Below are positions 1 to 12,153 of a stretch of 64,000 bases of DNA, piece by piece; positions within the stretch are counted from its first letter, which is position 1, and each line of letters begins with the position of its first letter. Made by a program: the position numbers and the translations under genes. The stretch spans positions 14,818,001 through 14,882,000 of the forward strand of contig NC_092672.1 in the NCBI RefSeq assembly GCF_964355755.1. Direction: 5' to 3'. This stretch comes from Antedon mediterranea (lineage: Eukaryota; Animalia; Echinodermata). The notes under the pieces are model-generated. The model saw only the letters and a list, made by a program, of their open reading frames with translations, made no database searches and was not told the origin of the DNA.

Positions 1-426
1 AAAGCACACATGTCCTGTTTAAGAGCAAGACGAGTTGCTCTTCTATGGATCCCCCTTAAACTGATCTTGATTACTTGTTATCTCAAATTTAAAGAAAGAA
101 AATCTTCACATCAACACAAATTAATTTATACAGGGATCCAAAGTTAAGCAGTGCCCTCTATTGAAATAATTGTTCAATGTAATACAACTTCAATACATTA
201 GTATTTCTTTGTTTGTTGATGTGGCCGGAAATCTGAGGATTTGTTATTTAAAACCATCCTTGTCCCTAGGGCTTGGCTTGGCCAGTCTTTCTCTCGTCCG
301 ACGCTGGGTGGGTGGTGTAGGAACTATTCGGTTTATCTTTTGCTTTAAAACAAAGAATGGCCCTCAAAATCAAGCCCACTGGGCTTCTTTTCAAGATAGT
401 ATGGGCTTCTTGTATTTGAATTTTAA

Positions 427-1031
427 CACGTTCACTGCCACGGCGTATTTATACGTCAAAAATTGCGTGTCGCTACTTGCCAAGACGTAATACTACGTCA
501 AAATCGTAGCACTTTTGTATTGTATGTAGAATCGCTGGCAGTGGTGATTGGAACAGGAATTATCGCATGGCAGTTTATGAATGATGTACGTAAACGATAA
601 TCTAAAAATAAATGTCGTATGTTTGTTTGTGTTTATTCCCTCATGCATTGAATATGGTTGATACGATGGCGCCCTCACACTCAATATAATCATCTCAAAC
701 ATGTCATAAATTGCGCTAATAGTAAATAAAAATAATAAAGGATGAAATGATTCAGTGTGGTTTACTGTTTTTATCTCTCGATGATAGGTTTGACCGATTT
801 TAGCGCGGAAAATCCCCGACGTATATTTACGTTCCTGGCAAAGTCAATAAAATTGTTGGACCATTGCCAGTGACGTATTTATACGTCTCAACGGTTTTTC
901 CCGCCATCGTATTTTGAATGACATCATGATAGTCTGTGACCAGATGTTACACTTTCAAACTGTAATTTAATATGTAAACGGGACTTGGCACTGGGACAGA
1001 AATTACGGAAAATGCCTTGGCAGTCAATGTG
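427..1031. mobile_element. piggyBac-like non-autonomous element (MITE)
   Basis: TTAA at 423-426 and 1032-1035. TIRs CACGTTCACTGCCA / CACATTGACTGCCA. Four internal palindromic GACGTAnnnnTACGTC-type subterminal motifs (~441, 484, 818, 873). Confidence 0.75.
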
Positions 1032-1371
1032 TTAAAGGAATACTGTAGAAATGTATGATCGTGGTATCAATATATTAATGACCTTACAACCCTTTAATTA
1101 TCTTAACAATCAATCCTTGTATATTTATTTTACAGTTTGTTTTCCTAGGTACTTTGATTGCATTTTGTATCTTGCTTCCTTGGTAGAGAATTTATCATTA
1201 TTGTAGTAGAAATTAACAACATTCATTTCAAAAGTCATTTTAATAGTTTAATTTTTAAATAATTTTGAAAAACTATTGTATTTGAGAAAATATAGCTGCA
1301 TTCTCCTTAATGTCAAATTACAATCACCACTTCTGATAATATTTTTTAATATAATAAAAATAAATCCTCAC

Positions 1372-1505
1372 CTGCAAGAATTTTTAGAACAAGCTGTCTC
1401 ATTGATACGATAGGCAGAATTGAGATGACATTGATTCACCTGTTCTGGTTCAGTTTTTTCTGCCCACTGCCAAGCACTTTTATCAAACTGCTGCTTTGAA
1501 GGCAT
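1372..1505 (-). CDS. USP48: Ubiquitin-specific protease 48, first coding exon (gene continues left of the window)
   Basis: Translation MPSKQQFDKSAWQWAEKTEPEQVNQCHLNSAYRINETACSKNSC(R) closely resembles the USP48 N-terminus as I recall it ([29 protein letters not shown]). Acceptor CTAG ends at 1520; donor AG|GTGAG at 1372/1371. Confidence 0.88.
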
Positions 1506-1981
1506 TGTATGTAGGTAGCCTAGTATTAAGTAAATACAGTATTATAAGTTATGAAATAAATACAAATCAAAAGTTACAGCAAAACACAGTTACTGTATCT
1601 TTTTGTTGATTCAAGTTCAAAAACTGTGTTCTACAGACTCTATGCAGTCGGCCTTCTCATTTAAGTACTTCTCAATTTCGAACCTTCTATTTTACAAACA
1701 GGTTTGAACAATGACGTCAGAAAATTTTAAAACTAAATGTAATTTGTTGATAACATTTACATATCTATTATCTTCTTTAAACAATCACAAAATCAATCAA
1801 AATCTCTATTTATTCACAAAATTATAAAATACAAGAGTACAAAATATAAAACTCGTTCACCATAAAATAAAGGTGTTCTTCCACAAGTTTGTGATAGGTA
1901 ATATAATATATACAAATAATACAGTGTATACACATTTATAAAAAAAACATTAAAAGAAAGAATTTATAAAATAATACAGCA

Positions 1982-2385
1982 TTAGGCTTCCAGTTTAATT
2001 TTGTTTGCAATTTCTTTTTTGAATACGTTCAGAGATTGTGGCATCTTATTGATATTATCAATATTATGTTTATTCCAAGTTATAACCACCTCCCTATAAG
2101 AAATACTATGTTTTTTATACTCAGTGCGAGGTTTCGGAACATAGAGGTTTGTATCATTATGTCTAAAGTTATATTTGAAATTATTTTGTTTAACTAGATT
2201 TGATAGATATGTGGGTGCACGCCCCGTCATAACTTTATAAATTAACATGCAACATTCATACTCATCTTTAGTTGAGAGGGTAAGTCAATTTACTCGCTGA
2301 AGTGCATCTTTACTTGGTGTGTCCCAAGATAGGCCAAATATGATTCGGGCTGTTCTATTTTGTACAGTTTGTACTCTTTTTAGAA
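1982..2385 (-). mobile_element. L2/CR1-clade LINE 3' remnant
   Basis: ORF 1982-2248 (YKVMTGRAPTYL...LYVPKPRTEYKKHSISY...WN) is typical of the post-RT C-terminus of L2/CR1 ORF2. Confidence 0.75.
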
Positions 2386-3087
2386 AGCTTTTAATACGAA
2401 AGTTGACTTCAAGTCAACTTTCGTAATAAGCGTAAGCCCAAGGATCGTAAGAACTAGCCAATCAGTGACAGGGATTATGTGATGTTGGCAAGAATACTAA
2501 GCTTCCAAAGGTAAAATACAGTACAAAGAGGCAATGAGGAAGTACTGTATATGGGAATATACATTATAAAATAATACGTAGGCCTAAATAATATAAAGCA
2601 CAATGCTACGAAATAGCTCTGCGAACTATAAAGTCTTGCTTATCACTTTATAGAAATAATGAATAAAATAGAAATACTGTATGATAAAATGATGGGTAAA
2701 ATAAGGCAGGACCACACCAATAGGATAACATGCAAATGCTACTAAAATATCAACAAATGTTTAAATATGGCAAGCTAAAATATAAAATGGTTAGAGAACA
2801 GTGACATACAGTATAAGAAGAATTGGATAAAAATACGATTCAACTAACAAAGTTTGCACTCAAAAGCCTCGTATAGCAGATTGAAGAAAAGAATTACGTA
2901 ATGATTTTTGTTTTCATTGTAGAATAAAGGTAGGATGGATAATATATTAATTAATAATATAAATCCAAAGTCAAATTACTGAAAAAAATTACAATGCTGT
3001 GGGTATCAGTGGTTGGATCTCAATGGAGATACAAAAATAAAAAGCGAAAAGCTAAATCAAAACGATAAAGTAAACAGCCAGAAAAGT

Positions 3088-3128
3088 TAGCAGAGCTTTC
3101 GGGCAACACTAGCCCTTCATCAGTGCAA
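3088..3128 (-). ncRNA. Minimal type I hammerhead ribozyme motif (Penelope-like element terminus)
   Basis: The minus strand reads GCA-CUGAUGA-A-GGGC-UAGUGUU-GCCC-GAAA-GC-UC-UGC. It has both conserved core boxes, a 4-bp stem II, a palindromic AGCU in place of stem III and a short stem I. Confidence 0.7.
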
Positions 3129-3769
3129 TTAATTAATAATATATAAATATGTATCGACTCTTCACCGTAGTGTACGGTATTGTTGGAATGAGCAATTATA
3201 ATTATATACAGACCTACAAATTCAGTATTTATGAAAGTTTTAAACGAATGTATAGCCTTGTTATAATTGATGAAGATGTTTGATTATGAAAATAAATCAT
3301 ATAAATGATTAATAGCCAATATCATTTCAATTATTCACAAATCAAAACCGGGTAAAATCAGCGATTGTTTAAGCCGCTCATAAAACAATTTGTTGGCGAC
3401 TATCAAAAGAAGAACCGATAACCATTTTAATTAATAATTAAGGTATTTTCTTTCTGGAAATCGTTTCACAAGATGCCATAATCTACAGAATTTGAGAGCC
3501 AATCAGAATCAATTCCTTTGAACCACGTCATGCATCGTAATCGCAAGAAAAAATTTCAACTTGACGTAACGGCAACAGACCTTGCGATAAATTCGACTTT
3601 CAGCACATGTTATAGGATAGTCTTAATCTTTGCGGTTCAACGCGATTATGACATTTTTTTATCGACGTTAGTTTTTGGTCAACTGATCGGAACGCAAGCG
3701 TAATCGTAAGAAAACAACGCAATTGTAAGCAGAAGCAGATCTTACGTCGACTGGAAACCAGGCTTTACT

Positions 3770-4005
3770 AGCCTACTAGGCCTTAGGCCCTAACCGTTCT
3801 AAGCGCGCTAGCTAGCTAGGCTTAGGACTCTACGGGGCCTAGTAGGGTTATCATTACATTAGTTAGGCTAGGTCTGTATACAGTACTACTATAGCCTAGG
3901 CCTAGCTAGAGGCCTAGCTAGGCCTAGGCACCTAGCTAGGCTAGGCCCTAGTAATTATTAGTCGATCGGATTGATCCGATATCTTTTATATAGTATGTAG
4001 GCCTA
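3770..4005. repeat. TAGGCCTA/CTAG-rich low-complexity tract in putative USP48 intron 1
   Basis: Dense irregular TAGGCCTA, TAGCTA, TAGGCTA and TAGCCTA words starting ~40 bp past the donor at 4047. Confidence 0.85.
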
Positions 4006-4047
4006 ATGTCTGAATGACCATTCTCACACTTCCCTGGTAAAACGTAC

Positions 4048-4140
4048 CTCCAGCCGGAGACAGAAAAGAAGCCGCATGTACACTGCAATGATTCGAACAC
4101 ACAGAGTGTTGTTGTTAGATCTCTTGTTGTTTACCTCTCT
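4048..4140 (-). other. USP48: Putative non-coding first exon of USP48
   Basis: Donor GAG|GTACGT at 4048/4047, a GC-richer promoter-like region upstream and a CTAG tract downstream. The 5' boundary is uncertain. Confidence 0.5.
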
Positions 4141-4263
4141 CTTTTTACGGTCACAGTGCATTTCGGCCGCCCGTCATTTCTGCCGCCGCCGGTTATGGAA
4201 CTACCAAATTCATGAAACTCCAAAAAGGACAAAATATAGCGTGATCATTTCGGCCGCCAGGTA

Positions 4264-4275
4264 TGGCGCGCCAAA
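4264..4275. promoter_or_regulatory. Palindromic E2F-type site TGGCGCGCCAAA upstream of USP48
   Basis: Matches the TTTGGCGCG consensus on the - strand, ~120 bp upstream of the putative first exon. Confidence 0.4.
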
Positions 4276-4843
4276 TTGAAATAGCCAGAAATAACTGTAG
4301 GCCTACATTATTACAGTGAAAAAAGTAACTTTACCAAGTTTATGGAACGCCACAGAGAACTATAGCCATTTAAACCAGAGATCAGTTGTGCAATGGGCTA
4401 ATTAAATACATTTTTTGACGTTTGTATAGATTTAAAGTTACATTATTTTACCGTCTGAATATTTTGATCAAAATGAATATTGATTACATTTTTATTTTAC
4501 AGGTCCTGAAGATGTGCTTTGTAAAAATATGTTTCTTTATTAATATAATAAATGTAAACCATACGAATAAAAGTGTTTTTAGCTGGAATATAAAAAAAAC
4601 GTCAGCCTCACCTCCTTATTTTAAAAAAAAAGATAGCTTTGCGATATTAAGGGAGGTTTCATTTATAATTTCCAAACAAAATGCCCTGGGATGAGTTTTA
4701 CAAGGCTCATCAAACATTAAGTGCTTATCAAACATTAGTGCTTTGGTTGTACTGTAATACCGTACCTTTATAGGGGCTGTTACAACCGCAGCCGCTAATG
4801 TAGAAATAACCGAAGTATAAAGACTTTCCGTCTGACAGTAGGC

Positions 4844-5038
4844 CTATACGTTATTTTCCAACAAGGTTTGAGATTTAATTTCCTGTAGGCCTACATTTTG
4901 AGAATCTAACAGTTCAATATTATTTATTTTCACAATTGCATTAATCATATTTAAATAAAATTCAGGCATAATTTGTAATTGTTTATGCTCTTCAAAATTA
5001 AGTTTACTTATCTCTAATGTGTTTTCTATAGGGTACAT
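4844..5038 (-). mobile_element. Possible L1/Tx1-like ORF2 C-terminal remnant
   Basis: Peptide IMPEFYLNMINAIVKIN...EIKSQTLLENN resembles Tx1/L1 post-RT segments. Short and decayed. Confidence 0.35.
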
Positions 5039-5119
5039 TGCGGGTCTGGGCTAAGTAGTTCAGTTCACTCACTCATTATAGTGCATTCTTAAAGATGCTG
5101 AAAAGGTGGTAATTATGTT

Positions 5120-5470
5120 AATATCTGTGCAGTTGACTTTATGAAAGTGTTCGATCTATTGTTATAAATATAAAATTAATTGATCGAGTTGAGGTCGTCT
5201 TTAGTTCCCATCATCTGCAGCGTTCTCACCAATGGCCGACGAGCAATGAACACCAGGCCGTTTGCAGGCGCCTAGTCCTCTCACACCTCCATTAAATGTG
5301 GTGTCTCCCCAGGGAACACTACTTGGCCGGTGTTGTTTCTCACTCTGATTGATAGCTGCAGACTATGGAAATATGTAGACGACCTCACCCTGGGTGAAGT
5401 TGTCCCTAGAAATTCTTTACCTATGATGCAATCCCTTCTTGATAACTTAATGAATGATGTTCACAAAATC
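5120..5470 (+). mobile_element. LINE reverse-transcriptase remnant
   Basis: Frameshifted motifs VDFMKVFD, G(V)PQGTLLG and WKYVDDLT. Confidence 0.7.
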
Positions 5471-5683
5471 AGATGGTACCAAACCTTCTAATGCCATATC
5501 CTTACTGAGTCATTTTCAGAAGCATAAAACACATTACTGTACCTTGACTGAAATGCGCTGCTTGCACAGCATTTAGGCCTATTATCAAATATATAAAATA
5601 TTTAAAATGTGTAGTTTACGATAATGAAAAAACACATCAAAAGATACAAAGAGCATACAGACAAAAGAGAAATTCCAATAACA

Positions 5684-7270
5684 ACTAGACATGTAACTCG
5701 TCACTTTGACGAGTTAGTTATCCGCTCGACAAACGCCACGTGCACGTCATACGTTAGAATATTGCACACAGAAAAATATTAAGGCATTATGACCTGAACT
5801 GAAGAATATGATATGTTGTTATTTCTGAATTATGTTATTTTGTTGTCATATACATAGTATACACAGTATAATCTGTATACATATCACAGTGTAAAATAGG
5901 TGAAATTACGGGACCCGTATTTTATTGTAATTTTTAACATCTTGACGGTTTCAAAATGAAATGCAAAAGTAGAAATTTCAGAATAAAATTATCTCAGCAA
6001 CAACATATTAACGTGTAGAAGAAATTTGAATACGTGAAATATTGATGCGCGCTCTTTTAAATGTAATGAAATATAACGCAAAAGATGAAAATATGACTTT
6101 TTGTATTTAACTGGCCATATGATGACGTCACAACATTCGATTGGCACAATTTTCTTATGATTTTGTATCTACAATACAATAGCTTCCTGAAAACGTTTGA
6201 ATCGTGATTATCACATTTTATTCTTACGAGCTATACCAGATTAAAATTTACTGTAAAGATGAAATTAATGACCAACGTAATTTAAATTTTTAGGCATGAT
6301 GACGTTAAAAAAATTAAAAAAATTTTAATTCATGCAAAACATAGTTGATAGACCTAGAATATATTAAAATCGGGGTGAAAATGAACAACGAATAAGTGGA
6401 GATGCGCTCTATTAAATGTGATGAGCTATGACGAAAGAGACAAAAATCCTATATTTTATATTCGCGTGGCCATACGATGACGTCACAATGTCCGGTTAGC
6501 CATATTAATGCATGATTCGATATCTACCACTCATCAACTTCCAGAATATGTAATTAAAAAAAAGTTCTCCATATAGTTTAGAATCTATGACTGTTTAAAA
6601 ATAGGCATAATTTTGACGAATTTTTGAACTTTTTCACCAGAAACGCGTGCAAATTATTTAATTCGACGTGCTCGTATGACGTAATTTTAAGTCGAAATTG
6701 TTTAAAAGTTGGTAACATTACTATAAAAGGCTGAAAAAACATAAATCACGCGAAAAAAATATGTTTTTAACGCTACGTGTGCACCGCGTGCGTAAAAAGT
6801 TTCGCGCGCGTGGGAATTTTTGACATGCTCAAAATGACATGAAACGCATAGAAAGTTGATTAGACGTTGATTTTTCGCACGTTAAAATTTTAAACGCGCG
6901 TGCGCGCGTAACTTTTTGTGAAACATGCTATTTTTAATCCATAGAAAGTTTGCGCTTGATATGACTTAAATTTTCACAAAGTTTCAAAACAAAATTATGT
7001 TTGGTTTTTAGTCTATGATCAATCATTGAAATTCATAAAATCGCACGTAAGTCACGTTGCGCAACTCTGACATCATTCAAAAATAGGAGGTGCACAAGTT
7101 CACGTAAATGCCGATATGTTGACAAAGTTACGATATGTTCTGTTTACACGTTTTAGAGAAACGCGACGCACAAAAATGACAGAAAGAAAGAAGTATAATA
7201 CAGAAAAAAAAAAATTTGATGAAACAGGACGATTACAAGGAGTTATCCGCTACTAAGCGGATAACTAATA
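5684..7270 (-). mobile_element. Helentron-associated non-autonomous element (HINE/DINE-1-like), family 1, full length
   Basis: On the - strand the 5' end has subTIR plus inverted repeat AGTTATCCGC-TTAGTA-GCGGATAACT followed by a CTTT microsatellite. The 3' end has subTIR GCGGATAACT, stem-loop ACTCGTCA-AAG-TGACGAGT and terminal CTAGT. No TSD. A second copy lies at 16356-17154. Confidence 0.8.
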
Positions 7271-7489
7271 AATTGTCATGATGCCTACAATGAGACACAG
7301 TTTATAGTTATACTAATCTTATCTAGATGTTTTGCTGTTATATAGCGTTATGGAGTTAATGACTTTCTATATATACCAGTTCGCGTGTAAAGAGATCTAA
7401 TACGGACTAATGGTGGGATCAATAAGGGATGAGACGGTTGTGCGAGTATTATATGCTTTAGGCCTACCATTAAGGATCGCAACTACACT

Positions 7490-7735
7490 GTTATTGAAAT
7501 CGTAAATAATTACAAGTATCTAGTATCACCATTGACAATGAATTAAATTGGGCTGAACAATGTGAAAATACTATACGGAAAGGAAATGTGCGACTGTTCT
7601 ATGAAACTTAATAAATTTAGAGTGGACAAGTCAATATTAAATTTGTTCTAGGCCTACTCATCAGTGGTTGAAAGTGTCATTGCTTTCTGCTCTCTTGTAT
7701 GGTATGGAAAATGTAGAGAAGCAGATAAGTAAGTA
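7490..7735 (+). mobile_element. Rex1/Babar-like LINE RT C-terminal remnant
   Basis: Decayed frame EIVNNYKYL-ITIDNELNW...KLNKFRVDKSILNLF(Y)SSVVESVIAFCSLVWYG. Confidence 0.7.
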
Positions 7736-7969
7736 AAGTAATGTTTAAAGTATTGCTTTTAAAAGTTTGTGTCCCTGTAGTATGCATGTCTGTTTTTAAT
7801 ATATTGATTGTTTTAAATAATATAAATATTGTATAATAGTAATAATTTATTAATATACATTTTAAAATTTTGAAAATGTAAGCCTACACATATTATTTCC
7901 ATTTTAATTGGTAAAATAAAATGTAATCTTGAATCTTAATCAAATATAAGTCCTATACCTCCATGGACG

Positions 7970-8510
7970 ATCTATATTAATTTTAAAATTTAGCATATTT
8001 TCACGATTTTGTTCACTTATACGTAGTCTGTCACTTTTGACGTGCTCGTATAACGAAATTTCTAGTTGAAAAGTGAATAAAATATGATGAAATTACTAAA
8101 GAAAAGTTGTAAGAAATCGGGCAAAAGAAAGCGTATTAATGCTTAACGCGCACTCGATCATGGCAATTTTTTTAATGCTTAAAATTGCCTGAAACGTACT
8201 CAAATTTCATCGAAAATAAATTTTGAACATTTTAAGCGCGTACGCATGCGTTATATGCGGTACGCACGTAATTATATTGCCATAATATGATGAAATATGA
8301 CCTGAAATTTATGAGTACCAAATTAGGTTTTATTTTGATTCATGCTTTTGAAGATATTGATTACAAATGTGATTTCGTAACATCGCGCGTAGACCGCGTA
8401 ATATTTGATTGCGCACCGTTAATAATAACATGATTCCTGGCTATAAAATAAGAAATACACTCTGACGTAGCTAGATGAAATTGATCTCAAGATAATTGAC
8501 GGACAAAATA
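7970..8510. mobile_element. HINE-related repeat fragment
   Basis: Shares motifs with 6660-7000 and, in reverse complement, with 25680-25795 (GCGTACGCATGCGTTATATGCG...TGACCTGAAATTT). Confidence 0.5.
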
Positions 8511-8663
8511 ATGCTAAGGAAAGAATAAATAAAGGTTTGTAACAGAATGATAATGCATATAACATAATAATAAGTTTGCTAGTCACTCAAACTTCAACCA
8601 CTTTCACCAGCAGCACTGAACCAGCAACAGCATTCCATACGGTTCTTTCATCATTCGGTACTT

Positions 8664-9656
8664 GCGTATAGCAACAAGAAGTGATTACACAAGTGCGGTA
8701 CGATTCTAGGCCTATCTCCGCTGTTGAAGAATAGCGGCGTTTTGTGTGGATTGTCGAAATAATCGGCCTTTAGTTTATGGTGTTTTTAATATAATTTATT
8801 ACTAAAGAATTACGTGTTAAAATTATAGTTTCTATTAATACTATTAGGCCTAATTATTAGTCTCTAAACCCATGTCTATTCTAGTAGTAGCTGTGTGGAT
8901 GTGTGTGTGTGTTAGGTATGACCAAAGATAGTTACACTATCTTTGGTATGACACAATCCGAGTAATAAGTCAGCAAAATTAAACAATAAACATTACACAA
9001 AAATACATTTTTTATTCTCGTGGGTCAAATCTTCCCATCTCATGTGTTCATATACGCGCATTTTTAAAGTTCCTTTGAGTACATTGCATATTGTTTGATA
9101 ATTGATAGCAGAATTAAAAAAATACAGTACACAAATTATACACATTCTTTATTCTTGTGGGTCTAAGCTTTCTTTGGGCTATGTCCAAGAACGCTTGGGT
9201 GCACACGGAACAACAACTGCGATACGATTCTTTCTACAATAATAGGCCTAGGATTCTAGGTCAATTCACGTGATTGCCTTCGCGCACTCTTCTTCACACA
9301 CTCTTCTTCACACACACGTCCACTATGCAAAATGTGTCGAGGCTAATCGACAGCTAGGCAAAACATTAAACTAAGTAGTAATTGGACATAGCCCAAAGAC
9401 ACAAGTCACACACACCCACACAGCTACTACTAGAATATACAGGGGTTTAGAGACTAGTAATTAGGCCTAATAGTATCAATAGAAACTATAATTTTAACAC
9501 GTAATTCTTTAGTAATAAACTATATTAAAAACACCATAAACTAAAGGCTGATTATTTCGACAATCCACACAAAACTCCGCTATTCTATTATGAAATCAGC
9601 GGGGATAGGCCTAGAATCGTACCGCACTTGTGTAATCACTTCTTGTTGCTATACGC
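8664..9656. repeat. Long inverted repeat with ~245-bp arms (8664-~8910 and ~9407-9656)
   Basis: The arms are near-perfect reverse complements (GCGTATAGCAACAAGAAGTGATTACACAAG... / ...CTTGTGTAATCACTTCTTGTTGCTATACGC). Confidence 0.85.
8923..8945. mobile_element. 23-bp palindromic insert with 7-bp TSD (P-like footprint)
   Basis: GTATGAC|CAAAGATAGTTACACTATCTTTG|GTATGAC. Confidence 0.6.
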
Positions 9657-10023
9657 TTGGGTGCACACGGAACAAGAAAATTTAACTGATGAATTATTCA
9701 TGTTTATTTTGTGACGTTTCATGATGGGGTCCCCAACTTATGTACGAAAAAAAAAATCGCGGGCGGGCCAGACGTAATCTGATTATATATTGAATAAAGT
9801 CAAGCAAAGCGCTGGAGTGAATGAATACGAAAAGATTCAGTTAATTTACATTTAATTTATTCTTTTGACAGCATTTTACAAATATTGTAAAGGTTTTCTT
9901 AAAATTGCCTAGGAAAAAAGATCTGAGTTTTAAAAGAGCTAATTGGCATTGTTGCTTATATAACTTTCTATAATTTACGAAAAGTTAGTGTGTTATTTCT
10001 ATTTTAGACGTTAATAAAGGCAC

Positions 10024-10181
10024 AAATGGCGCGCCATAAAAAGACAAAAAAAAAAGACGTAGATTTGACCCGATTGTGATGCATGATGGGTGGATGGATG
10101 ATGGCGGTGTGTCGTTAATGTCAATTTTGGCGGTTAATTAAAAATCGGTTTTCTTGATTCATTCAGAGAAAACCAATACAG
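10024..10181 (+). promoter_or_regulatory. TRAIP: Putative TRAIP promoter and non-coding first exon
   Basis: AAATGGCGCGCCAT (10024-10037) and TTTTGGCGG (10125-10133) are E2F/YY1-like motifs. Donor CAG|GTAGGT at 10181/10182 is followed by a CTAG-rich tract. Confidence 0.5.
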
Positions 10182-10184
10182 GTA

Positions 10185-10355
10185 GGTCTAGGCTTAGTGT
10201 GTTCAAAGAAACCAATTAACTTATTTATAAAAGAACATCATATAAGGGCCTACCTAGGCTCTTGTTGTAGCCAGGCTAGGCCTAGCTAGCCTCTAGCAGG
10301 CCCTCTACTAGCCTAGCTAGTACTAGTAGTAGGCCTAGCCTAGGCTAGGCTAGCC
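10185..10355. repeat. TAGGCCTA/CTAG-rich tract in putative TRAIP intron 1 (left half)
   Basis: Same composition as 3770-4005. It resumes at 18765 after the nested insertion. Confidence 0.8.
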
Positions 10356-10403
10356 GGGTGGGGAGCTGGTCAACCGAGTAGTGGGTCAACCCGTACCAAA
10401 ACC

Positions 10404-11158
10404 GGCGCTACTGCAGTTTCGCACCACACCGTTATATCTTCGATTTCTCACCTAAATTTGTCTTTTTCACACTCACAACATAATATTATATAACATGTGT
10501 ATACGATTCGACCACTTACGAAGTATTTTTTTTTAAATAACAATACTTTTCAAAACATTTTAAACAATACTGAACTCGATGTCAACACTGCGAAATGTTC
10601 GCCATCTTATATTTATCACTTAATTGCCAGAATGTATGCTTCATTTTCCCCCAAAAATGTAGAAACTATAGAGGCCAGTGTTATAAAATCCGATTACACA
10701 TAATAATATAGGCCTATTTAGTTTTGAAAGGCAAGAAATATTTTCAGCTGGCGAAATAGAGGTTTAATTAACATTTCATTATTAATAATATTAGTATTAT
10801 TATTCATATTAATAGGTCCTATCAATGTTTTATATACAGACTCATATCGTCGCCGTTTTGATATGTACAGTGAGCTAGCTGGTTCTTTATAAAAACCACT
10901 CTTACTTACTCTTAAAACATACATTGATTTCTGGCAATTTTCTGATTCTAAAATGGCCACAGTTCGATCGAGGTATTCGCGGAAATGGAGCTGTTTTGAA
11001 AGGCATTTTTTATTGTGATAAAGGTAATATAACGGTGGCTAAATTAAATCATGGAAACATGTTACATAATGGCCCAAAATTGTATGATGTGGGTGTGAGA
11101 AAAATATTAAGCGAGAAATCGAAGATTTAACAGTGTGGTGCGAAACTGCAGTAGCGCC
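10404..11158. mobile_element. GG-ended MITE with 8-bp TSD (Merlin-like)
   Basis: TSD CCAAAACC (10396-10403, 11159-11166). TIRs GGCGCTACTGCAGTTTCGCACCACAC extend imperfectly to >45 bp. Confidence 0.8.
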
Positions 11159-12153
11159 CCAAAACCAACCCGTACACATGCCAACTCGTACCCAACTTGG
11201 CTAACCCATACCCAAATAATTGGTCAACTCGTACCCACTTTGGCTGGGTTAGATCCATCTCGGCTGCCGACAATCTCGGCCGCCGGATTAAAAATAAAAA
11301 GCCGAATTGTATGGCACGCCACCGATGCTTGTATTGTGAGTAATTAAAATTTAATGCAGCGCATACACACGTTTTCTACATGTATACTGATTAATAAATT
11401 CATTAATTAACTTTTAATTATTGTTTTAATAAATGCTTTTTTTCTAAATTTTTCAGATTAATAAATTAGTAGAGTAGTGATATAAATCAATATCAATATA
11501 TTTTACTATTCGATTTATTTTATATCTAAAGCTGGCTAACTTTAAAAAAATATTATTTGTGATACCCCTAAAGGTGTCAGATGAAATCGGTCGCGATAAA
11601 ATCAACATCCGGTATTCAGGGATGTAATTGTGCAGGGCGGAGCCGGGCGGGGCCGCCCTGCCTAAAAGCCTCCCGCCCAGTCTAAAGCTAATTTTAAGGC
11701 CTTCCGCCCAGCGTCAGACGTACCTGTCCGCCCACCCTAAATTCCTTTTTTTTTCGCGAAATATCGGGCATATTCTAGCTAACACAAGCTCACATCGCAC
11801 AATGCAGCTAGCCTAGCACAAAACACACAGCTTTGAAAATCAACCAAGCAGAACTGTCATGTACTTAATGCTGATTGGACGGTACGCTCAAGTTCCACTT
11901 GAGTGAACATCACAACCTAGCAGCATGCAGCTTGCTAGCTTTGCATGCTGTGCGCGATTTTCTTATCTCCTCTGTATGAATGAATCATGGAGAATATTTA
12001 AAAAAAACGGCGAATTAAACTGTAGGCTAATCAACCGTTCCACGCCGACTGCTTTGTGGAGTAACTTCCCGACTACGTGTATTTATTAAAAAAACATTGA
12101 ATTGAAACATACTATATATCTTGTACTGTTATTATTTTTTATTTTGTGAATTA

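Noticed and set aside
4152-4185. CACAGTG heptamer as a RAG/Transib terminus
   Set aside because: No nonamer at 12- or 23-bp spacing and no matching opposite end or TSD found.
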